Shown: positions 10,099-21,700 of the stretch, piece after piece
Numbering within the stretch: the stretch's first letter is position 1
Layout of the letters: the number at the start of each line of letters is the position of its first letter
Assembly: GCA_001655205.1 (NCBI GenBank)
Contig: LPNZ01008417.1
Coordinates: 1 to 34,322, forward strand
Direction of reading: 5' to 3'
DNA: 34,322 nucleotides
Source of the DNA: Lenisia limosa
Lineage: Eukaryota; Protista; Breviatea
The notes under the pieces: generated by a model
The model's database searches: none
What the model was told of the DNA's origin: nothing
The model's input: only the letters and a program-made list of their open reading frames with translations
Translations under genes and position numbers: made by a program

Positions 10099-12428
10099 AT
10101 GGGGCTGTGGTGTGTTCATCAGAAACCGCTTACTCTGCTGTACAAGGTTGGTCCACTCTTTTTGTCAGAATTGGAATCACATCGAGAACTGATAACCGTT
10201 ATTTGCTTTTTTAAAAAAAAACAAACAAAGAAACAGAAATAAGCCTTTAGTAGCAATATAATGAGTTGAGGGTAGGGCTAGCAATATAATGAGTTGAGGG
10301 TAGGGCTAGCAATTATAGATACTAAGAAGTGTTGACACTTTGATAAAGTATTGCTTTCATCAGTCATCCGTTACCCAGTCAAGGCACACTATCTGTCATC
10401 TTCAAGTTTCATCAGCATTCTCATCACTTGTGCGGTTGTCATTTTACCGCTTGTGTTTGCCTACATGACAAACGGTGAATTGGATGTAAAGAGCCATACC
10501 AGGTTTACACATGGGGAACTCTTCATCCTCATATTGGGCTCGTCTTTATTTATCAAGGCATTTTACAAGTTGTAAGGTCATAACACTTTTTGGGTTCATT
10601 TTCACAATTGTGATACCTCATATACATTGTGATGAAAATTGACTGACTCAATGATTCTCTGATACTCGCGATGAACCGTCATGCTATCTTTGGTCATCAT
10701 TTCGAATAGCAAAGTGGAATTTGGTTACATTTTTGCTTAGTATTACAAATATTTTCTCTCTTAAATTGAAGGGGGGAATTGTATGTTAGTATTCTGCAGC
10801 TAAATATAGTTTCTTCTCACAACTTACACTTTTAGCTTTTTTCAAACAAACTGAGACTTATCGTGAACAGCCAGAAATGGAATGGACGCAGGTGAGCTTG
10901 GGTGTAACACGAAACAAGGTGCATTTTGTTATTCGTTTTGTGGGATAACGAGAAATAACATTTTTATGGTGTAAAAGACGTGTGTATTATACAAGGAATT
11001 GATATATCTTGATGACAATGTAAGTGTGCTCTCTGCTATCATTTGTGGTTACTACACAGGACGTTTATGTTGAATTGTGCCACTCTTCTGGCTGCATCCT
11101 CGCCTCAAGTGTGGCCACCTTCGCTTCGGCTGCTGGGGGAGACTATCGTCCGGCAACCTTCAAAGTGGGTTTATCTAATTGCCGCCATCATTTCAAACAA
11201 ATTTTCCAGAGTATTTCTCTTTAAAAACGGTAGTCTTGAATGTGACATGGTACTGATAGTTTATTCGTAAACATGACTCTTCTTTAATCATTACAAATAT
11301 TTAGCCGTCTTTCTTTGCCATTATCCTCTTTAGACATCTGTAGAGGACTTGGACCATGACGGGACCGCAGACCTAATGCACCTCACCGCCGCCGTACCGA
11401 TCCAGACGTCTGAGTCCATCGTGTCGGCACATCTTGTGGCTGGCGTCCGACTTTCTGCTTTCGACAACGTCCGTTTGGTTCTTCAAGGCATTGTCAGCGT
11501 CTTGGGTGCCGGCGCGGCTGGCTCAGTGGGGGGGACGTAGGTAGCAGTGACCATTGGAGAAACTATCACAGCTGGAGAGGGGGGGGGGGGNNNNNNNNNN
11601 NNNNNNNNNNNNNNNNNNNNNNNNNNNNNNNNNNNNNNNNNNNNNNNNNNNNNNNNNNNNNNNNNNNNNNNNNNNNNNNNNNNNNNNNNNNNNNNNNTCT
11701 ATTGATCTAATTCAAACAAGCTCTCTTCCCTTCGTCGGAGTTGTGAGCGGGATTGGCATTTGTACTATCAAAGCGTACTCAAAACTATCAAATTTCCATC
11801 ATTAAAATACCTGACCACTCCAGTACACCGACATGGACTACTCGGTTGTGAACACGACGTCTTTCCGATCGGTGTCGGATACCACATTCGACCGCTTCTT
11901 CGAGGCTGAAATGGCCCGCAACGGTGAGCATCTTGGCTACTGTTTTAAGAACAAGTGCTGAGTGAAAATATTAACGATGTATTGCCTGATGCTTCTTTTC
12001 TCATTTATGTCATTTCCTCAGAAACCATCACCGTTCGCAACCAAAAGACGGTTTGGAAGACCCAGACCCGAGCAGCGGCATCGGTATTTACCATTGAGGC
12101 AGCTTTCAAGGTCCCAAGTCTCAACCTTGTGTACCGTCCCAATTACGCTGAGGTTTTGAAGGTCTGATTTCATCATATTCAGTGTGTTCTGATTGTTTTT
12201 TTCAGTTTGCATGGCTGCAGTACCTTGGCATGCTCGTCATTGTTTACACCGTTGCCAATGTCTTGAGGTAAGTGTATCCCATTAATTCTCTTATTATTGT
12301 ACACCCAATCATTTGCGGTGCCTCCTCAGCATACTTACTCCCCCAGGTATATTCTCTTTGATTGCCGCATTTTGCCCACCTTGATTCGAATGGAAGAGCC
12401 CCAAGTAGTGAAGAAGGTACTTCAGTAG
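10099..12428 (+). CDS. TMEM231: TMEM231, ciliary transition-zone (MKS module) membrane protein
   Basis: Spliced motifs: MGLWCVHQKPLTLLYK, ILPLVFAYMTN|AFFKQTETYREQP, EDLDHDGTADLMHL, IDLIQTSSLP, YSVVNTTS...EMARN, LVYRPNYAEVLK|FAWLQYL. One exon starts inside an N gap, and the 3' end is tentative. Confidence 0.85.
10251..10313. repeat. 28-bp tandem duplication (2.25 copies) in TMEM231 intron 1
   Basis: TAGCAATATAATGAGTTGAGGGTAGGGC twice, followed by TAGCAAT. Confidence 0.9.
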
Positions 12429-12625
12429 TCAGAGATATGGTTTTTATCATAATGTACTTTTAGAAAAGGTCAACACATCAGTTGCTGATTTGGTCCAAAA
12501 ATCATGCTATTATAAGTGCAATTAACACGGTCTTCATTGCTTTTATAAGAGGGGGGGGGGCTACGAAATAGATAATTAGAAGTTCAATTTAGCTTTAATA
12601 AAGAGCCACAAACAAATACATATTA

Positions 12626-15600
12626 TTACAATGATACAATACCTCCGAGTCGCCCGTACACCTGAAACATCATCTTACTATGGAAAGTGTTGATGTATCC
12701 AGCCAAAAGAGCTATCTTGCATCACGCGTTGAGTTTCCTTCACTCACCTCAAATGCCTCATGAAGCTCGTTTTGAAGCTCTACAAACTCGTCAAGGGGAG
12801 GCGGTCGGGACCTTTTTGAGTTAATGAAGGGCAAAACAAGACTGAGTATCAAAACAGATTGGCTTTGTTTCGGCTTCCTCCTCGAAAAAAGAAGGATGAA
12901 CCACCGGCATCCCCTCCTACGATTTTTTCCATTTTGCTATTGACGCACGGCTTTGGTAACACGCCTCTAATAAGTCCACAACAACTTGGTAGCATAGCTT
13001 CTCCTAGAAAGTAAAACACTACTGCCGTGGTAAAAAGGAGGATAATGAAAAAAAAAAACGAATTGTGATGAAAACTAAAGAAGCCCACGTAGTCAGAGAA
13101 GTCGTCGTCATCCATTTCATGGTTTAGCATTCCTCGTGATCGCTCTTGTTGGAGTGTTGTTGAGAGAATTGATGAATATCTGAGGAGGGAGAGGGTAACT
13201 ATTTTAGAAAAGTACAACATCCCCCAAATATATCAATAACCAATTACCCACTCTCTAAAAACAGCAGCCCAAAGAAGAACCGGCCATTCAGTCTGTGGAC
13301 TAAAATATCAGGATGGTGAATGTGAGACAAAGGTTTAGGGAGATAGATGTTGATATCTAATAAGAAAGTGGAAGATTGCCTATTTTATGAAACACTGCCA
13401 TACCCCCCACATCAACGTCCGGTCCGGCGTGGCCTCTGCCATACCCCCCACATCAACGTCCGGTCCGGCGTGGCCTCTGCCGCCATTGTCGACACTGCGC
13501 TGGTAACGTCTGAGAGGTAGGCTGAGGGCTTCATGCGTTTGGGAGTCTGGGCAAGGGGATAAGTGTTCTGGGGGACACAAATACAAGCTTTGTTTGCATT
13601 GTATTGAAATGGATATCAACACCAGAATTGATACTAATATGCTGACCCACCAGTGCGCTGGAGAAGAACAAAGCCTTTTCAATCCCAGCCGCGAGGATGT
13701 CCTTCACCGTGGCAGTGACCGTCTGAGTGGCTTGCGCGGTCAGTTGGGGGACAAGGGCCGAGACCCAGCTCGCTGCTTCTTGGAAGAGCTCTGAAAATGT
13801 CAGTGGAGGGGAGCTTTCAGAAAGATAAAAGAAATCATAGAAGAACGGAGCCTGGTCACCTTTGGCGGGAGAAAGCGGGGAGTTGGCATCAGGGTTGGCT
13901 TGGAGGGTTCCAAGAAGTTCGTGCGCATGTTGTGCGTGAACTGTTCGGATCTTTCAGGTCAACAGGGAAGGATGACGGAGTGTGCGAAACAAAAGAGCTT
14001 AGATAAAAAGGCTCTGGTTCAGCTGTTAGAACCATACTCCAACCCACCATATGACTTAGTACGATGACATCGTGATGACCACGTGCCACTAGGTCCATTT
14101 TTGGCCATTTTCCGACTTCTTCAGACAGCCACGCCACCGCTTCCGAGATATGCTCTAGAGAGAGACGGAAGAGCCTGTCACTCAATAAAATAGCGTCCAC
14201 ACCATCAAACCAATATTAAAATAATGCCATTATCATTGAAGGATATCATGTGACATACCTTGGGGCTAGGCGGCGAATAAAGACGTTTCGCGATAGCGGC
14301 CTAAATCATCATATCGTGAACATAGCATGTTAGTGTAACAGGACCGGCGAATTAAAAAAATGTTCATTTTTGCTAGTTGAACGTCATGTGACGAAGTTCA
14401 GCTGATAGAGTTGCTTAATAGCCTGCCAAATCGCCTCACCCCCTACTGCTTAATAGCCTGCCAAATCGCCTCAACTGTGGTAGTTCGGAATTCTAAAGAT
14501 GTTTAAACGTCTCAATGAAGCCTCAACAGTTTATCCCTTAAGTTCATTGTGATCCACCCAAACTCCTTGTATTACCACCACCTCCCCACTGGAGTTCTCA
14601 AGCTTCGTAGGTTCCACCTTGAGGGCTTCTAAAAGGGCCTCGCGACTCTGTTTCGAGCTACTATGTGAAAGGAAAGTCAACGGGTACCTGAGCATTCATT
14701 TTTTTTACAACAGGAGTTCTGACAAATGGCACTACTACTTTTTGGCCTCAACCTACCATATGGAGTAATACACCTCAAGGTTCCATTTCGACTCCAATTC
14801 TCGGGATCTTTGATCAGATCGCAACTCTTCAATTCGGTGGCGACTTTGACAAATCTTCTCAACAAAGAAAATTAGGCTCCTGTAGGCCATATAATTCTAT
14901 ATGGTCAAAAGGTGAGGTACACACTTGGGGTTGGGAGTCACATTTTTTAAAAGTACCCCAACACCCCACCTGGTGGAAGTCTTCGGGCGAACCGGAAAAA
15001 AGGACGTTGGTTAGCGGGGAAAGGTGCTCATAGATGGCAGAGAGCAGCATTGGTCCCAAACGAAGTTGAGGTAAGGCGGCGGTAATACCGGAAACTTGTA
15101 GGTGAATAAAGCGTCAATTTCTGATACTAAATATCGTAATATATGAATGACATGTAATTTTGTAGATATATCATATCATATATATAGTATATAAAATGTC
15201 TGTGTTATTCCCACCGTTTTGCACGGCTTCTTCGAACTTGGGGATAATGGAGGTGAGGACAACAGAGAGGGGCGAAGAGGCTTCTTCGCTGAAATGCTGC
15301 AATGTATGAGATAATAGTCATGTTTGGCAGGTTGTGGAGAGATATTAGCACTTAAGATTAATTGGTCACTTATCATTTAAAAAAGGCACCCGTAGTTATT
15401 GCAGGAGGATATGTTGAGAAAACTTGCCATTAAAGGAAGCCCCTCCCCTACAATTTTGGCCAGAGTTATAAAGACACACTCCTGCATCACTGTCTCAGCA
15501 GCTGTCAACTGGTCGATGGAAATGTAGGCCTGGCGGTGATCAAAGGAGAGGATTAAATATGTTGAAGTGAACACGCTATTGATTAAAGGATATTATAACC

Positions 15601-17675
15601 TGCTCATATAACACCGTACACATATGAGCTGTTTTCACTCGGATGAGCGTTTCGCTTACATTGATTACGTTGACAATCTTATTTGCATTCCTTTTAGGTT
15701 TGCATAACACTGCAGGGTAAGTTTCAGCAGAACTTCATTCGAAGAGAAATCCCAAGATAAAAGCAGCATAAAACCAAAAAGAAGATTCTTTTGAAAAAAA
15801 AAAAAAACAGAGTAAGGGCTCGAAAGCAAGAGAGAACAAACAACAAATCCAATACAGGATCAGGTTATTTACTCAACATTGGGCAGGAATATATAGCACC
15901 ATTAGACCGAGACTTACAATGAGAGAGTTCGGCTTTGAGTTGCATGCGCACAACGGAAATGAAATCCCTGTGTGTCTAAAGAGTCAAAGAGTGACAACGT
16001 TTCACTCGCTGCTTGTCCAGTTTTTGTTATTGATATTAAATTTCTCCTAACCCCCCACAGCCTTGGCAGTTTTGAAGTACATAACATTGGGGTTCTTGGC
16101 AATAAGGAACCCTGCTTTGCTGAGGTCATGCTCCAACTCCTGACACAGCTCCACAGGTTTCATTGTGCCACCTGAGGGGGCGACTATTGTCATTGAAATG
16201 GAAATGGTTTGCATACCCCAGCAAAAACAAACTGATCCGTTGCTAACAGTTATCCACCACTTGTTTTACGTTACGAAGGCACGCGTCCACTTCAATAACC
16301 TCACAGCACACCTGTTTCATCAGTGTTTGTACCAGATCATTTCGGTCCAAAAAGATATACATATGTCATTTCATATCAAGTATAATACTAGAAGAGGGGA
16401 ACGGACTAACTCAAATCATATGATACCTGGTCACCGTTCTATAGGCCGCAAGATTGGCTGCAGATGTCAAAAGTGAGGTCACATGACTTGATGCGACTGC
16501 CAGTCGGTTCTGTACGTCCTGGGGGGGATAAGAAATCGAAGCAAAAAGAAAATAATAATCAAAACGAGGTGATTTTGAAGGCGACTGGTAAAATAGGTAA
16601 ATAACATTGCTATTTTAAAAATGTCTTCATTTCTTATTCCTCACTTCAATGGATACTTTTGCTGTTTTTAAAGGCGAGGTGATCTCATGTGGCTTCGAGA
16701 GCAAAGACGCTGTTGCAGGTCAGAAGATGATGTAACCAGAATCAACACTACCAGAAATATCTCTGTGAAATGAAGAAAACCAGACCAGTTGGAAAGAAAA
16801 CAAGGATAACGTGCAAAATAGCAGTCCCTAACCAGGGGGCTGTTATACCTCTTCAACAGCCCCCTAATATTCTCTGTATTAGACAGGTCACCCACCCAGG
16901 CCGGCCGAAACTTCGACCAGTTCAGTTCTGGACTTGCCGACGGTGGCGTCCAAAGTGTCTCCAAGCTCGGCCGCAAAGCTGACCAGATCCTGGTGTAGCT
17001 GGTTTAGCGAGGACACGCGACATACCGAGGCTGCTTTGTTAGCGGTTGTACTACGATTCGCGTTGCAAATATATATATGATACATATGTGTACGTAGAAT
17101 GGTTATGAAAGCGAATGTTTGTGATGGGGTGGGTATCTAGGGCCAATACCAGTATGTGTTTATGGAAGCTGTGATGGGGGTCAATCAGGAGAATATCATC
17201 AATAAACCTTATGGGCGTTGCTAAGGTTGACACAACCCAAGGTTAGCAAGCAGTGAACATACGTATTTACGTATTAGAAACAACCAAATGAAGAAGTTCA
17301 TAGATGTATCAGATTTAGACAAGACACTATTGGTTGGCGCATGGAGCATAAAGCTTAGGAGTAGTAGTAGTAGTAATAATACTACAATCAGAAAGAGGGA
17401 AAGAAAACGAAAACAGCAAAAAAGACCCAAAAGATTCAATGGTAACAATTGAAGCTCTGAAAAAGACTAGTCTATTAAATTATAACGAAGCAAAATCAAA
17501 CTTGGAAAAAAAAGATACCCCTTCAGAAAAAAAGGAAGATCGTAAACATACCAATAAAACCATTTGGGTCAAAGCTGTCGACAAGAAGCAAGCCGGGATT
17601 GAAACAGTAGTTGTCACCCTTTGGCAAGATGCTCATACCGGCAACACCATGCACATCTGGCGACAGTGTTGCCAT
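12626..17675 (-). CDS. COG2: Conserved oligomeric Golgi complex subunit 2
   Basis: N-terminus YCFNPGLLLVDSFDPNGFI|ASVCRVSSLNQLHQDLVSFAAELGDTL...ELVEVSAGL; middle AIWQAIKQ|PLSRNVFIRRLAPR|LFRLSLEHI; C-terminus TPKRMKPSAYL and DDFSDY|EKLCYQVVVDL, matching the COG2 PS.Y and D.DKI..Q..LD motifs. Some central exons were not fully resolved. Confidence 0.8.
13395..13481. repeat. 41-bp tandem duplication spanning a COG2 exon end and splice donor
   Basis: CTGCCATACCCCCCACATCAACGTCCGGTCCGGCGTGGCCT twice, followed by CTGCC. Confidence 0.9.
14412..14473. repeat. 27-bp direct repeat: COG2 exon end copied into the intron
   Basis: TGCTTAATAGCCTGCCAAATCGCCTCA at 14412-14438 and 14447-14473; the spacer reads GTAGGGGG on the minus strand. 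Confidence 0.9.
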
Positions 17676-17881
17676 ACTCAGGTATCTTGGATAATCCCCT
17701 TTCCTGTTCTCACGTTTCTTTGTTATGGTGTTTTCCTGTTGTTGTTGTTTTGTTCTTTGTCACTTCTGTGTCAGTTATAATTGCAAACAAAAAACAATAG
17801 GGGGGTGGGGGGACTTGATGGGGACGAGTGAAAAACCTGGGGGAGCTTGCTGGGGACCGGAAAGAAAAATGCGAAAAAGAC

Positions 17882-17887
17882 AAAAAA
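17882..17887 (-). terminator. Pol III terminator (T6) of tRNA-Val
   Basis: TTTTTT on the minus strand, 3 nt after the discriminator base. Confidence 0.7.
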
Positions 17888-17890
17888 CTT

Positions 17891-17963
17891 AGGAACCACC
17901 GGGGATTGAACCCAGGACCTTACGCGTGTGAGGCGTACGTGATAACCACTACACTATGATTCC
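17891..17963 (-). tRNA. tRNA-Val, anticodon CAC, intronless
   Basis: GGAATCA TA GTGTAGTGGTTATCAC G TACGC CTCACAC GCGTA AGGTC CTGGG TTCAATC CCCGG TGGTTCC T: full cloverleaf with A and B boxes. Confidence 0.95.
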
Positions 17964-18045
17964 TCGAAAACTGTTAATCATAATTGATTCCCGATAATGA
18001 TCAAAAACCCATCTTTACTGCATTTAGTTCATCATTTATCTAAAT

Positions 18046-18128
18046 AAGTGTGTTCATGATGAAGTCCTCCTGTTTCTTTGTTTCCTGTGGATGTTTCGTT
18101 TCGGCTCAACCACATCTGAGGTGCACTT
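18046..18128 (+). ncRNA. Candidate orphan C/D-box snoRNA
   Basis: Box C ATGATGA (18056-18062), box D CTGA (18116-18119), terminal stem AAGTGTG/TGCACTT. No clear internal D'/C' boxes and no target recognised. Confidence 0.3.
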
Positions 18129-18724
18129 GTTTTGGAATCTGAACAAATAAAGGGGTTATCCTACGATATGTTTCTCTGATCATCCTAGTTTCAATAGAGA
18201 CTTTACTGCAAAAAAAGTGCAGACGATGATATCCCTAACTCAGCACACTCTCAGCACATGACATCCAAATGACATCTGGACAAACCGTTGTTTGCCCGCT
18301 GTTCCAAAATTTATATTGAATTTTTAAAAGAACTCACAGCCGCCTTGTGTCCCCAATCGCTCCTCCCTTTCTGCTTTTCCCTGTAGTACTTGTGTCTCTG
18401 CCGCCAGCTCTATGTCTAAATTTTCAATTTAGACCCCAGCAAACAGTTCGTGTGACTAGGGAACTCAGCTCCCCCCCCCCCNNNNNNNNNNNNNNNNNNN
18501 NNNNNNNNNNNNNNNNNNNNNNNNNNNNNNNNNNNNNNNNNNTTCTTTTGTCAGTATTTTATCTTTGTTTATCTTCTCCCCTTTCCCCTTTTCCCCCATA
18601 AACAAATGCGAAAGTCAAAGTGACATGATTATCTTAAAAATGTTTTCATAAATCGAAATAGAAAGAAAGGGTTAAATTAGATTGACCATATTTCTTCAGA
18701 AATAGTACCTGACCAGTGGGGGAT

Positions 18725-21700
18725 TCAACAGATACCTTCAACTTCAAACACTTTTCCAGCGGATATTGACCTAAGCAATGACTTTTATCAACATCACAAT
18801 AACGACATGATAATAGCCTCAAATACAGTCAACCAAATGTGATTTCCCTCCTTCCAGACTTACTGGAGTATATTGAGGACTCCCAAAGAGATCATGAGGA
18901 CTGCACTGAACGCTAAAGGTATCAAACCAAGACAAGGTGCCATGTTAATCACGGTTTTATAACATTAGTTACAAGTTTCAATAAGACAACGAATTGCTTA
19001 CCCATTATTCCAGCCAGGACAAACACGTTAATGGAAGCCATTTTGTACTGGCGGATCAGGATAGTTATAACCTAGAAGAAGGTAACATGTAGAAATAATA
19101 ATAAAAAAAGCAGGGTTGGAGAAAATACTTTTTGAGAGAGTAAAAAAAAAAGAGGTCAGATTCAAAAATAAAATACTAGCAAATTACCAAGTATCATCAT
19201 GGGGGCCAAGTCCCACCATTTTGCCAACAACTGAACCGGTAGTCCCGACAAAGAAAAAGAGAAGACCATAGTCCCAAGATAATCTTCCTAGGCTCAATAA
19301 GAATGATGGCATTCCAATACAAAAGAGAACTGCTGCATAAAATAGCACACAAATTGTTTCCTCACCCAAAAGAATGAACTGAATCACAACCGAAGTTGAT
19401 GAAAAGAGGACAACGAAGAGACTGGTTGCTGCAACGGCTTGGGGTGCAAGGCCGAATTCTAGAAGAAGCGGACCTGACAAGGTCAAATCGGAAAAAAACT
19501 GGACACTGCAACTTAAAAATATCATTTAATAATTTGGTAGCCTCAGTTTACCATTAATCATGGCACCTCCAAGGCCAACAGCTCCCGCAATGACACCAGC
19601 AAAAAAGGCGAATTTTGGCAGAACCGACGCGGTTCGCACGTCCCACTTCACATCGCCATCCTGAGGTGTTGAAAAGAAAAGACAGTCAACTTTGTTGATT
19701 GAAAAAGAAGAAACGATATTTTAATGCTCGAGGTACACTTACCGAGAACTGATATCCCAGACGTATCAAGGTGTCATTGTGTTTGACCAACGACTTCACC
19801 ACTGACCGTGCTGGAAGATGAGCAAGTGAACAAACATGAGTAATTCATTGCACCTTTATTTAAGAAACTGTATTATTGATAAAGTGCAAAGACTGATTTC
19901 TATTAACTTACTAATGAGAATAACAATAGGGAAAATAGCTGCGGAAGAGATCCACCACCCAAGACTGCAGGACGAGAACACCGACATGGCTACGTGTCAT
20001 CATAACAACAAAGAATCGTCTTCCGTAGATGATATTCAGTGAGCAAAAAGAGCAACGAAGTGCTGACTGTGATTGATAAAATGGATGCTGTTTTGGAAAA
20101 CGAAGGTTGAGATGTAAAAGTGGGTGTTGTTTTTCTTGCCTACATTTGCCACCTCTGATAAACGAGAAGCACAAAAACATTAACCATCTACAAAGTGAGG
20201 CAATAGCACTATTTGAGACAAAAGGGAAAATACTACAAATGAACCACTAACACTGCAATCATAATCAGAATCACGTCAAATGGGGTTTTTTTGAGCTTGT
20301 TCTTGGCTTCGCGGAGCTCTAGCACAGTCAGACACCCAAGAGTGAGACAAACCTGACTCTTCGGCCGGTGTCAACGGCAGTCTGCACGAAGACGGTGTTT
20401 TGCCCTAAAGGTTGTGAAATAAACGTTGGTGCCATCCACATAAGAGAAGCAGTAGCACTCCCAATTTAGCAACGCCCCAAACAGATTCCACTTCGGGTTC
20501 TGGTGATGCTATATGGACTAAATGATCATTCGAAATAAAAAATGAGATAATAATTGTCAAATCTTTTTTACACCAAAGAAACAAGCAATACCCCAGGTGT
20601 CCATTCAGAGACACATACTTTCAGTTAGGTCGGTGGGACTTTTTGTTACTTCATCTTTCTCATTGTCTGAATCTTGAGTGTGGATGTTAGCTGAAAAGAC
20701 AGCAAATACCAGAATATTAGGACTCGCTGCAATAATTTTATTTCGAAAATTTTCCCAAATAAAATATTTATTTATATTTGAGAAATAGTTTTAACTAATT
20801 AATGAAATAGATCTGGAAATTAAATATTTGAAGTAAGACCTATTACAATTAGAACTCCATTTCAGACACTTTTCAATTCGAAAATTAACAAATAAATTCT
20901 TGAAAGATTATATATAATATTATGCATATGATATATCATATAGTATATGATATTATATTATGCATATCATATATAATATATGATATATTTTTTACAACGA
21001 GTCCTATTAAATTCGCAATTTAATTCTATTTATGAATAATGACCAGTTTCTTCTTCAAAAGGGTCTCACTCTATGTCACATCTCTTAATAGTAATATAAT
21101 ATCAAATGTTTTTCTCTGTTTTTCTTTTTCAAACATTTCAGAAACTGATTACTGAGACTAATTCCAAATTTATTTCGAGATATCATTTGTCCAGAAAGAA
21201 TATATGAAATTACTTTAAAATATAATTAATTAAGAAATAGTTTCAAACTATTTGCAATAATATGGTCAAAGGCATCCACATACTACAGAAAGTAGCGGTT
21301 CCACTCACCTGGTTTAGTCTCTTCCGTATCAGGTTCAGGCATGTATGAAGGGGATTTTTGCTGAAAATATCATACTATCAAATCAAGAATTACACTATAC
21401 TGTTAAACTAATGAGTATAATATGATGTAGTATCATTTGATTACTTCCTTACTTGTGACTCTACTTGGGTTTTATCCAACGTCACTGCCTCAGTCATTCT
21501 AGACAATAAGTAACATAGTATTAAAGACGGGCCTGGTGAGATTTTATAAAAACCCACACACTCAGTTTTTTCTTCACTGTCCGAGTGCGGGGAGACCATG
21601 AGTTGCGTTGGGAGTTCTGAAGAGAAAATTCATATTAGTTTCTAGTATAAGTAGATTTCCCACCTCTTTTTACTTTTTCTTGCTTGGAAATCTTTAGTCC

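Noticed and set aside
2560-14010. Stop-codon reassignment (TAG/TAA read as Gln), suggested by in-frame stops in coding-looking frames at about 2589, 3123, 6091, 7088, 11538 and 14000
   Set aside because: Each case resolves as a splice site or intronic/UTR sequence. Conserved genes end at TAA (GAPDH, adhesin), TAG (LSM12, DUF229-like) and TGA (PRCC, TauE) at the expected positions.
20900-21000. Self-complementary ATATG/CATAT low-complexity tract as a structured RNA or element
   Set aside because: Similar AT-rich tracts occur in several introns (about 3410, 4035, 8610, 15170) with no defined ends or shared sequence; this is ordinary low-complexity DNA.
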